A DNA stretch of 64,000 nucleotides, taken from positions 1,019,469-1,083,468 of the forward strand of contig NW_018407282.1 in NCBI RefSeq assembly GCF_002113885.1, given 5' to 3'. This DNA comes from Mizuhopecten yessoensis (lineage: Eukaryota). Below the pieces are notes generated by a model, which saw nothing but the letters and a program-made list of their open reading frames with translations, had not been told where the DNA came from and searched no databases. Below, in pieces: positions 23,001 to 34,322 of this stretch (its first letter is position 1; each line of letters opens with the position of its first letter). A program made the translations under genes and the position numbers.

Positions 23001-26000
23001 TATTCTTGTCATTACGAATTCATTAATATGTTTTGTTAATTTTAGGAACCGGAAAAACTTTCACTGGAATGAAACTGTTGTATCTGTTTACCAAACTGAA
23101 CAGAGTGTGGCATCAAGAAGGCAACCCATTAAAGCAAGTTGTCTATTGTGGGCCTTCGAACAAGTCGGTTGACCTTGTTGCAAGTAGGTTTTTTATGAGA
23201 ATATGTTAATTATTGTACTTGGACCATAGGATTTCAGATTGCGGATGTCTGTTTAAATACTGTTTCAAGATCATAAAAAAAGTTATTAAGATAGAGTTCA
23301 TCATTAAATTTAGTTTGCCAAAAAAAAGTAAAGCTTCAGAAACATCAATAAACGGAATGATTTAATCAACCTTGCTGAGTAAATGACTGAAGGATCAGTT
23401 ACATGTTATTGTTCGGTATATATTTTATTCGTTTAAAAACCAATGTATATTATATGTTGCAGGGTGGACAAAGAAAAAACTTGGCGAGCATGCACCAAGA
23501 ATGGTCAGAATGTATGGCTCTTCCCATGAATGTATGGACTTCCCCATTCCTGGAAAGTTATACTCTCATAAATCTCGCAGAGCTAAAAACCGGCCTGATG
23601 AAGATCTTCAGGACATCGCTTTACATCGTCTGATTCGGCAAGAGGGAAAACCTCATGCTGATGAGATCTTGGAATTTGACAAATATTTTCAACAGTTCCA
23701 CAACTGCCCGTCAATATCAGACCACGATTTGGCGGAAACGTTTAAGAACAAACTGAAAGACTACAACTCTCTTTTGAGTAAGGCAGGACAAGAAGAACTT
23801 CAACACTATGATGTCATATTTTGTACAACCGCTATGACTACTAACCCCAAATTCATCCGTGGCACGAAAGACAAGATTTTTCAATGTATTATAGACGAGA
23901 ATGGAATGTGCACCGAACCAGAAAGTCTTGCTACAATCATCGCCACAAAAGCGGAACAAGTCGTTTTGATTGGAGACCACAAACAACTCCGACCTGTGGT
24001 CATGTGTCAGCACGCAGCAAGACTCGGGCTGGAGAAGTCTCTCTTTGAACGATATTCAGAGAAAGCTGTATTTCTGTCGACACAATATCGAATGGTACGA
24101 AATAAATAGTTTTAATCATCCTGTTATCCATTGACGTTACGACATATACTAGGCACTATTTTGAAAATGTGTGGTTAACTCAGTGACTTTGAAATAACTC
24201 GGCTAACGTAAATTTATTTCTGTTTGTACATTAGAAACGTGGGTTATCACCTAAAGAACTATTGTATCTTCTCAATATATCAAATATATTCCTGGCTATA
24301 TTTACGACACTTACTAAGATTATTCATCCTTCCCTTAAAATTCCATTATTAATTGAATATTTAAATATCTACCCTTGAATGAAATCGTATTTACTGTTCA
24401 CATTATGTTTCAGAATCCACGGATTTGCGATTTTGTGTCAGCAGAGTTTTACAACGACAAGCTTGACACTGCTCCGTCTCGTGCATGGAAGGAGGAAACA
24501 CCCCTTAGCATCTGGAAGTACCCTGATGTGCCTCACATCTTCTGCCACGTGGAAGGGGAAGAGGAATATTTAACAGTTTCTACAGAGGAGGGAAACGAGC
24601 ACTCGTGCAGTAACAAAGCGGAGGTTGAGAAAGTGGTGAGTTTACCTGTTTTTGCTAGGTCTATTACACAGTTGCTGATTCTTTTTAATGATATCGATGT
24701 CCATTTCATGTAGCAGTGACCCAAACATAGAACAACTTAATATCTGCTTATAAGTTGCTGATAGTGCTTCAGTTAATTACAAAACTTTGTTCAATAATTA
24801 CTTTTAAAACATTTCAAACATAGAAAATGCAATTTAATGTAATACATTTATGTATCAACATGTTTGATATCGTAGATGCAAGTTTTCCGGCGCATGTTGA
24901 AAACAGAAGGAGTGAACCCTCGGTACATCAACATTATATCACAGTATAACGCCCAGTGTCATGCCATTAAGACGGCGTTGGTTGACTCTGGGTATATCAA
25001 CTGTAACGTCAACACTGTCGTCGCCAGTCAGGGTAAATACTGTTCTTCTTTTATACGTCATATATGTAAAAACATGCAAACACGAAAACTGATGGTAACT
25101 CATTTCAATAAATGCCCGCATATCATCGATTTGAATTTGCTTACATTTATTTAATTTATAACTACTGTAGATTAATGTTACCAAATTAGATTCTCTATAT
25201 GTCCATAAACTATGTCCATCAATATACCCAATTCCTTAATTTGTTACAAGTGTGACGTGATGTTAATTTTTTTCAATAATGTTCGTATAGCCCTCATACT
25301 CCATTAAACATGTAAACATCATTTTCATTTCAGTGTGTGTGCGTGTGTGTTTTCTTTTTTTGATAAAAAAGATATCTGTATTTATATCCTGCTGGTACTT
25401 TTAGGTGGAGAATGGGACTATGTCATTTTCAGTACCACAAGATCCCTTCCAGACTACAAGATTGAACCGAAACCGACCCTTGGCTGGTGTAAACAGAACC
25501 TTGGCTTCATCACAGATGAGCACCAGATCGACGTTGCCCTATCCAGGGCTCGTAAAGGCCTTGTCATTATAGGTAGGTAATAAATGTTTGTGAATCAATG
25601 TATGTAAAGGATACACAAAATGTTTATTGTATCCGATTGAATTACTATGGAAATACAGTAAAAGACAATTGAAGAAGGAAAATCTTTATTGAAAAATAGT
25701 TCATTTTTGTAGCACAGTGACATATTTTTTATTGTTTCAAAAAGTAAAAAATAATAATTCGTATTATGATAAAAGAAATTATTGTGTTTTATCAAAAGAA
25801 TGTATATCAATATATATATATATGTAACAAGGTTTTGTTCTTCATGAATATGAAGCATCTTAAATACATGCATGTACACTTGTAAATATAAAAAATCAAA
25901 CTGAAAATAGTCTGACTGAGAAAACGTGTACAATTTTCACGACAGCTTTGTCACTTGTCATTCAATTTTTTCCGTCAAATATGTATTTGCATATGGGTGA

Positions 26001-26208
26001 TATAACTTCTTTTTTAGGAAACGAAAACCTGCTGCAATGTGACAGAGTCTGGGAACGCCTTCTGGATCACTATAGGAAAAGGGGATGTATTGTGGACGCC
26101 AGAGAATTCCCGCCTCGCACCAAGACTCAGAACAGGAGGAGGAGGGGTGGTGGGACCGCTTCACGACAAACATCGGAGGAGTTTTATAAAGATACCGACC
26201 TAGGTTAA
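11062..26208 (+). CDS. HELZ2: HELZ2-like protein copy 1 (~2255 aa): acidic N-terminus, TPR-like region, RNB 3'-5' exoribonuclease, UPF1-like SF1 helicase
   Basis: Coding exons: 11062-11712, 11897-11936, 13966-14060, 14892-15101, 15266-15305, 16158-16276, 17073-17210, 17347-17404, 17553-21237, 21459-21544, 22492-22629, 23046-23183, 23463-24094, 24414-24635, 24876-25032, 25405-25572, 26018-26208. All introns GT-AG with matching phases; 6768 nt in total. RNB motifs: TIDPKDSKDLDDGLS, VGVHIADV, LVEEFMILAN, YTHFTSPIRRYAD. Helicase motifs: IQGPPGTGKT, CGPSNKSVD, IIDENGM, LIGDHKQL, QYRM, SQGGEWD, VALSRAR. The symbol denotes family likeness, not proven orthology. Confidence 0.9.
11932..12800 (+). repeat. 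17-bp minisatellite (TAGAGGTATG[A/T]AGTAAT)n in the intron after coding exon 2 of copy 1
   Basis: About 50 units, almost C-free on the + strand, starting at the splice donor. Confidence 0.9.
13429..13940. mobile_element. Copy-1-specific MITE-like insertion
   Basis: 12-bp inverted ends TTATACAATTAT/ATAATTGTATAA and an internal hairpin at 13439-13480. Absent at the equivalent site (~42640) of copy 2. Confidence 0.6.
16325..16866 (+). mobile_element. Composite SINE-like retroposon (structured head, degenerate tRNA region, Meta-like core, A-rich tail), copy-1-specific
   Basis: 16-bp TSD TCATTACGTCTTTGTG at 16309-16324 and 16867-16882; tail CAAAATAATCAAAAAAATCAAAAAAAA; empty site at ~44763 in copy 2. 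Confidence 0.85.
17553..21237 (+). CDS. HELZ2: 3.7-kb exon of copy 1 encoding basic NLS-like KKKRRRR, acidic tract and RNB domain
   Basis: Corresponds to ORF 17573-21295. Acceptor TTTCAG ends 17552; donor AG|GTCTGT at 21237; catalytic motif at 18851-18880. Confidence 0.92.
23463..24094 (+). CDS. HELZ2: Helicase exon (Walker B to QYRM) of copy 1
   Basis: ORF 23501-24109 contains IIDENGM, LIGDHKQLRP, GLEKSLFER and QYRM. Confidence 0.9.
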
Positions 26209-29200
26209 ACACATTCATGTCTCTATTCCTGGTAAAACAGTATCCTTTACCGTTACGGGAACATGCCAGCCTTGTACAGATGCCACAATTTCATTTTGGT
26301 TACATTGACTCTGTATATAGAATTGTTTCCGTTTATGAACGATAAAATTGCTCACACCTCGTCGATTTTTAGTGTTGTTTGAAGACACAAACACGTGTGA
26401 ATCATGACAGTGCAGATAAGCGATTAGATGATTGAGCAAAAATGTCTTGTTTGTTTAAATTTTCAGTTATTTTATAAACAAAGTTAACATTCGTATAGTA
26501 GCAAATGAGATGTTCTTCGAGATGGTATTTGCAATCTAGATCAAACTGCTACTTAAATGTGATACTTAATCAAGTTCCATAAACTAACCTGTAATAAGTA
26601 TATCCTTCAAATATAATTAACTCATTTATTGCATGATGTATTTTCGACTAGTAGCTGAAATATGTGTACAATATCATAACTTGAGTGTCGAAATATATAT
26701 ATTGTATATATATTTTAACAGTTTAAGGAGAGGGACATGCACTCTGAGCCTGATGTTAGATATGCCACGTTTCGTAGATGCAAGACATTGCTATACACAG
26801 ATTAGTTAGACGCAATGTCAGATTTCTGTTTTCAAATTGTTACGTCTGTGATAGGAATCGCGTACTTTCCTAGCTAACCTTTCCACCAAATTCAGAAGAA
26901 AAATTGAAACGAAAAGAGTTACGGATAATCACTAGCATTACGAATATTACTTGTAATACCCATATAACAGCCATTTATAGTATTTTAGTAATAATCACCA
27001 TATACCAGTTATTGATATGTTTTAGTATTACGTGTAATTCCAGTATCCAGTAACTTATCTAGTTAGCTTCAATAAGAATAAATGATACTTCAAGGAATAA
27101 CTGTCAGATAACATTGTTAATAAGATTTATAGAATATCTATCTAAATTACAAGACCCAACAGCTATCAAAATGATTTTATAATACGTACTTGCTGTTCAA
27201 GTAAAAAGCGAATATGATGGCACAATTTTTGAAAAACTAACACTTGTATACTTTTCGAAATCAAGGAGACAGACAAGTATGAGTGTTAAGTTCCTTAGTC
27301 TGATTCGTTTCAATATATTATGTAAAAAATGGGTCTTTTAAAAAAGAGGAACTCCAATTACAAACGAAACGTGCCCTTTTAGTTAATTAAAACACGTTTA
27401 GTTGCATGATACTGAACTTTTCATAGGTTAGATACATTTTACAATTGTAAAAGGAAGCGTTACCATGAAATAATTTTGCTTGTGCTTTTTTCTCTTCTAT
27501 ATTCACATCAACTAGAAATTCAAAGTCAGAAAACATGCGTCCAAGTATTTGTTAAGTTGACACGGATAGCCAAACAAAGTAAACGTTTACTACACTATTA
27601 TGGCCATGAAGATACCATTAGCGAAGGCAGAACAGGTGCATATCAAACCTTTATTAAGTTACAAACTTGTAAGTTTTGCTTACAACATACATTTTGAAAC
27701 CAGTAAATCATGCCAAAATAAAATTCTAGTAGCATGGGTACGAGTAATCTCGGAAAAAGATAATCTTTCAGCAGAGTCAACAAACCAGTGAGGCAATACG
27801 AGTATTAGAGATGCTAGAAACCTATGTTTACACAATTCAACGTCTTAAAGTATTTCATGTTTGTCTATTATAACGTATTTCATGTTTGCCTATTTTAACT
27901 GAAATCGTGGTTTCGAAATTGTTCTTTTTGTAGTGTTACTTAATTAACAATGTTAGTTGTCGTGTTAATGGCACAAAGAAACTCACACAGCAGTAACATT
28001 GACATAAATATATCATTTTAAGGTGTTTTGTTTCCAGTATGCTAAACTAAACCAGTTCTAAATGTATAAGCCATTTGGATCAAATTCATGTATATATGAT
28101 ACATAGTTTAAGTAGGTTTGTCTCAGCATAATAACATTGTCGCGTGTGATAAGGACGCCATGTTCATCTACTCTGCGCTGCTGTAAATACGTTTTATTGT
28201 TATAATTGGTATATTGATTTTATTTCCCAGACGAACGTTTTAATTTTTGCAAGATGCAAATTATAATTATTATGCTTCAGTTAATGTATCAAGTCATTTT
28301 CTTGTCCAATATTTAAGAATACGATACCCGCGTGGTCAGTACTTTTTGGGTGCATGATTGTGCGCCTATTAATGGACAAAAAAGATACTTGACCGAACTG
28401 ACTGACTCTTGTTGATCTTTTATAATTTTCAAATCATATATTGAATAAAATTATCACAACCGTTACATACTTACTTGTTAAATATTTATTTAAATTTATG
28501 ACCAATAAATGGATATCTGATTCAGATGACTTGTCTTCAGGAAAATGTAACGAGTTCTGGGCCTAGTATCTATGACCAGCGGAGAATGTTGTGGACAAGA
28601 CATTTTTAGGTTTTTAGTTTTGGTCAATGTATGCCAATAACTATGTGACTTAATAGCTTATATAAAATGTTATAAAAAATGAGATAATAGCTGTAAAAGT
28701 GTTTTGTGTGTGATGTGAGAAGTGTGAATGTATTTGTATTTCAATTAAGTTAATTAAGAAGGAGTCACATCCCGTTAACTTTTGTGTTTATAATTTTCAT
28801 TTCAAAATTGATGTATGAAATTAAATCAAATAAAACAAATGCATAATCCATTACTTTAGCTAGCTTTGAAGAAAATTTATATAGGCTTTGCCGATTATTC
28901 CATCCAATTGACTTGTAACAACTTTGTCAATAAAATTTGTTGAAATGAAATTAAGATATTGTCAGCAAGTGTGAAAACTTATTGATATATCTTAACTTTG
29001 GAACCAATATGACTTTTACGTAAAGAACGCATCATCCTTTACAAGTACTTAGTGCACTAAAACATCATTTTGCTAAAGAGCAGCTTTTGATCTTTGAAAT
29101 TCGAGTGCAGCTAAAGATGATGTTTTATATAGAATTTTTGTATGTGGCAATCATATTTTTCAGAAAGTATTTTAATGATTCATTGATTTCTGTCTTTCTA

Positions 29201-29445
29201 TTTGTTTGTTTTTATCAAGTATTTTTTATAAAAAAGAAAGCAATTTTCCTGAATCATATTGCAATCTAATAAGAAATATTACACATTTTGATAACCATCG
29301 TACATCATTTTGTTAAGACACGTTAGACTGATATTACAGTATTTCTCAATTCTTGCATGTTAAATGTGTTATGTTAATTCTTTTTATCTAATTTTAAGAA
29401 ACGAACTTTCATATTTATTAGGTTTATGTCTAGCTGAGGTAGTCC

Positions 29446-29636
29446 TTATAAATTTTACAACGATTGTGAAACAAGTAATTGCACCTAATGTTAATCAATT
29501 GTTGGCCTGGATGCTAGCGCGAAGGGGATCTAAACGACGGATGAATCATCACCTTATCACGTCTGATTGGGGAGTCGAACCCCGGACCGTCTTGGTGAAG
29601 GGCGAGTGCGCTATTCATCGTACCATCCGACCTCCC
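29446..29636 (-). mobile_element. tRNA-derived SINE (same family as the 1268 and 5510 copies), V-domain part deleted
   Basis: Reverse complement gives head GGGAGGTCGGATGGTACGATG...GGTTCGACTCCCC. It is the counterpart of 59691-59917. Confidence 0.65.
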
Positions 29637-30869
29637 ATTTGGATGATTATCTATAAATATGAAAGGAATATCGAACTTGGTTCAACTTATTTGTTCATGA
29701 ATATTATTCAAGCTTGTCATTGGATACACACTGTAGATTGCAAACAAAGCTTTATATACTGTATACCGGGAAATTTACCCAAAGGCCAACCTTCTACTAT
29801 TCATCCATGGGATCAATTTTAACCCAGTGTTACTATCGCCCTTCACCCCCTCAAATTTAATTACATTGTGTATAATGTTGTTTACGTTTATTTGTTGTAA
29901 TGATAAATGTGCCCACTTGACGGAGGGGGAAAAAACGCGAAAATTAAAGTTTCCCTGTAAACAATATTACGCTTTCAATCTTAAAAATTGTGAGATAAAT
30001 GATACAGGATTATCAATTATCAATTACTGCACCTACTTGTAATTTCAATACTTAATTATCATTTTTTGATGTTTTACTTTATAGGAATCTGTATAACATT
30101 TTTATTTTTTAATATACATTTAAAATTTGATATTGATTTCGAGTAAATAAATATGTATAACGTATAATCTCTGTTGAACGGTTTCTCTCATATTTGATGA
30201 TCTCATAAGAATGTAAGAAACTCATGACAATAACAATGTACATGATTAATGTAATTGTATGCGACATATCTAGCATAACTGTATACCACAACTTTATCAT
30301 GAATGAAAATAAAATAATTTTCAAAAACAAATAATCATAATGTTATGTATTTCACTGAATGCAAATGTTAACCAGTGAGTAAAGTACTCGACACATCAAT
30401 ATACCAATACAGTACCTGCACCATTAAGGACCCCTGTCCAACTGTACTGTAGGTTTTGGTATATACAGTAAGTTCCCCTTAATTCCATTTTGGATGTCAC
30501 TGTAGGACAAATGGACCAAGACAATTCCGTTGACGAATTGGCTCAGTTGGTAAGAGCGATAGTATATCAATCTGTATTCTTGGGTTGGAATCCTTGTCTT
30601 GGCCAACTGATTTATTTTGCAAACAGAAGAGTGTTTTTTTTTTACTTTTGTTAGGTTTATTTCATCTTTGGTATTTTTCATTTAAGTCCCTCAAGGTACT
30701 TTTTACAGAAACAGCTTTTTAAAATTATAGACATGTCAGCAAAATCGGTTTCCAGTGCTTAGTTACTGTTTTTGACAGTGGTACGAGGTTCCTTAAGGAA
30801 GAGTTCAATTGTCATCCGATGATTGGCTAATCAAATCGCATGTAGTCCATGGTCATTCTATCAACAATT

Positions 30870-31560
30870 CTTATTATCGCTATTTCTCAGAAAGTACTGG
30901 ATGGATCATTCCAAAATTTATTATATAGGCTCCTCTTTGTCCTAAGTTGTGCACGTTTACTCTTTAAACTGATCGAATGAACAATATGGCCGACAGGCAA
31001 CCATCTTGGATATTGACAGTCAAGTGTGTTATTGCTTTTTCCCGAAAATGTTAAAGGAATCTTTCTCAAATTTAATATGCATATTAACTTTTGGGACAGA
31101 TAAGAAAAAGCTGTCATTTGGAATTTTAAAGTTAATGTTTGTTATCGCTATTTCTCAAAAAGTGACGGATCTTTTTTCAAATTTCATATGAAGATTCCCT
31201 TGGTCCCTAGTTATGCATGTTTTATATGGAGAATGATCATAAAACAAGATGGCCGCCAGGCAGCTATCTTGAATTTGGAGAGTTAAAGTTTGTTATTGCT
31301 ACGTGTATTTCTCAAAAGATACTTGACAAATCCTTTCATATTGAGACTGATCGGAAAAATAACATGGCCAACAGGCAACCTTCTTTGACTTGGTGCATTT
31401 AAGTTTGTTATCGCTATTTCTAAAACAAAAACTTTTACATATATTTCTCCAATTTTTTATGAAGTTTCCCTTTGGTCTATAATTGTGCATGTACTATTTT
31501 GAGACTGATCGCGAGATGGCCGCAGGAGGTCATCTTGGACTTTGTTAAGTACTAAACAGA
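30870..31560. repeat. Degenerate HINE/Helitron-derived tandem core repeats
   Basis: Recurrent GCTATTTCTCA..AAGT..GGATC..TT..AAATTTCATAT and AAGATGGCCGCC..GCCATCTTG motifs; duplicated at ~61130-62800. Confidence 0.6.
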
Positions 31561-32459
31561 CATTTCTCATATTGCAATGATCTGTTCTTTTTCTTTCACA
31601 TTAAGTTCTGTACTAGTAAATATGTGAAACGACAAAACCACTTTGAAGGCTGTCTTTTATCCACAGCAGTATAATGTTTAGATCAACATTTACCCGAAGT
31701 TGCATTTACTGTTTAGCAGAAGAAAAAAGATCGAACTGACATAGAACTTATGAAACTAGTACGATGGTGGGCGCCAAGATCCTCTGGGTTATTATGTTTT
31801 CTCATGAAATTATACAATATTCAACAATTGTTCGCATATTTTGAAGAGGCTAACATTTTATAAAAAGTCATATCGAAATTCGGAAAAAATAATACATTAA
31901 ACTGATGATATTATAGCTTTGATAGAAAAATATAAAAAAATGCAATATTCAAATACCTGAAGTAATTTGAAATCGATCTGTGTGGAGAGTGTTCTCCTGA
32001 ATATCGAAGACAATACATTTGTTTTCTTCCAAAGATAACGATTCATCGCCATATAATAATAAGTTGATAATTATATGATACGAAAGAGTTTCAATGTGCA
32101 ATTGTTTGATGGCCGTGTGTAAAGATTCATCCTAGTAGGTCAACATAAGTGTTTCAAATTTTACCGCATACACAAAGGTGAGATCGAATGATTGTTTTAG
32201 ATACTAAATGGAGTGTGTTAAGGTTTGCAATTGTTTTCAAAATATTCAACAGATTTGCAATAGTTTGTAAAAGAAAGGTACATGTGTAAACATGTGCAAA
32301 ATGTGTTCAGTTGTTTCTCCCACCACTGTGTATGGGAGATAAGCATGTCCCATGCGGAACACTCGCGTGGCATTAATATAATCTTTTCTTAGGGGTGAGA
32401 AAAGGTGTTCTAAACCCGAGGGGGAAGATTTTTAAGTTTCTCTGTTACTAAATCGATTA

Positions 32460-33370
32460 AGAGTGTATCACAGGGGTGAACCATCTAGTCATTTGTCACT
32501 AATTCGGCTAGATGTATGTCACAGGGGTGAACCAGCTAATCCCCTGTTACGGACTCGACTAGGGGTGTTTAACAGGCGTTTACCCGTTTTTTCCTTGTTA
32601 CTGACTCGGCTAGAAGTATTTAAGGGATGAACCAGCTATATCCTTGTTACTTACTCGACTAAGGGTGTACCACAGAGGTGAACAAGCTATTCCCCATTGT
32701 TGAAAAACCACAGGCGTGAACTCGCTACCCCCCTGTTACTGACTCAACTAGGGGTGTTTAAGAGGCGTTGACCAGCTATTCCCCTGTTACTAACTCGAAA
32801 AAAGATGTGTCCCACTGGTGAATTAGCTATCACCCCTTGTTAACTTGTGTATAACTATATCACAGGGGTGAACTCGCTACCACCTGGTACTGACTCGACT
32901 AGAGGTGTATCATAGGAGTGAACCAGCTATACCGTTGTTAGTAACTCGGCTTAAGGTGTCTCATAGTTAATGAATCAGCTAATGCCCTGTTCCTGTTCGG
33001 CTTGAAGTATATCTAGGGGGTGACTGTTACTGACTGGATAAGAAGTATCTCTATTGGTTACGCCAGCTATTCTCCTGTTACTGACTTGCTAGAAGTGTAT
33101 TTAAGGGGTGATCCAACTATGCCCCTGTTGCTAACAGGACATAAGGTGTACCACAGAGGGGAACCAGCTATGCCCCTGTAACTGACTCACAGTGGTTAAC
33201 CGTTTTAGTGGCTTGATACTTACACATCTAGAGAATGTCACAGCGATACTGTCACTTTTAATAACTCGACTAGCGGTATCACAGCGGTTAATTAATAAGT
33301 CACTTGTTACTGACTCGACCATAGGTATGTCATAATTGTGATCATATGGTCATTTGTTACTGACTTGGTT
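32460..33370 (+). repeat. 51-bp satellite with internal CAGGGG...CCCCTG inverted repeat
   Basis: Consensus ~GTGTATCACAGGGGTGAACCAGCTATTCCCCTGTTACTGACTCGACTAGAG; period 51 (32471 to 32522). Confidence 0.85.
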
Positions 33371-34159
33371 AGAGGGAAACTCAACACGCCGTAAACTATT
33401 TGGTTGTTTCAGGTAAAGGAAATCTGGTGAAACGATGGGCCGATACTTTCCTTTTAAAATTGAAGAGGAGCATTACCCGACATCAGAACAAGTCAACAAA
33501 GCCGTTACAGTGCCGTACGAATCTTTTGTTGTGCATCAAAGGATCAAACAAGTCTAGCTGCATCATTCACAAGGTGATGCGTACAGAGCCTGCGATTTCT
33601 TCATGACGTATTCTAGAATAACAGAAAATATTACCCCTGGAATTTTGAGCATGTGAACCATCTAGTTGCTTGGTCCAGACACGGCCATACGCCGTTTTTC
33701 GTACAAAGCTTAATCAGTAGAGTACTGAGCCATATTAACCGCAAGTGTCGAATCACAATTCGCTCTGAAAAGCGACTTCAAAAGGTGCCCACGAACCAAA
33801 ACTAAAATGTCACTAAACGTATGTTGTACGGTGTCTGTAGTCTTAGAAATTATACGCTAGTTTCTTTTAAGTGTCAGTTCTTAACTCTGCTTCAGCAGTT
33901 TTAACCACATGCATACGGTATATAATTAGTCCCTATGACTGTTTAGTGCTATATATATCCGAAATTATCTACGGATATCTTAATTAAATGATAGTCTAAC
34001 CACACACGTGCTAGATAGACTGTCTTTATGACTGGTGCATGTACAATGTAGTTTGTTTATCAGATATGATTGCCAGTGTATATATACAGTGGAAAGAGTC
34101 TTGATCATATGGTTTAAGCTACACTCGTTTCATTTATACAATTGTTTTGGAGTGTAGTA

Positions 34160-34322
34160 CTTTAACATTTTCGGAGAAAAAGCAATAACACACTTGACTG
34201 TCAATATCCAAGATGGTTGCCTGTCGGCCATATCGTTTATTCCACCAGTTTAAAGAGTAAACGTGCACAACTTAGGACAAAGGGGAGCCTATATAATAAA
34301 TTTTGGAATGATCCATCCAGTA
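34160..34322 (-). repeat. Inverted copy of 30895-31056 (and 61155-61318)
   Basis: Its reverse complement aligns end to end with only a few mismatches. Confidence 0.85.

Larger units (their letters stand above)
8950..33400 (+). repeat. Tandem segmental duplication, unit 1
   Basis: Colinear homology with 37490-64000 across promoter, exons, introns and 3' flank (e.g. 9020 GCAATAATTGTACTGTAGGGTACCCGTACCACT matches 37607). Boundaries are approximate. Confidence 0.9.

Noticed and set aside
26300-32400. Numerous 60-150 aa ORFs in 3' flanks, introns and antisense to exons
   Set aside because: They have AT-rich composition, lack motifs, are mostly not frame-conserved between the duplicated units, or overlap repeats.
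32460-33370. CRISPR-like array of palindromic repeats
   Set aside because: No unique spacers, whole units are degenerate copies, there are no cas genes, and the context is eukaryotic.
33413-33655. Possible decayed exon after TTTCAG (MGRYFPFKIEEEHYPTSEQVNKAV...)
   Set aside because: It has in-frame stops and no recognisable family; I cannot support it without a tBLASTn/HHpred search.
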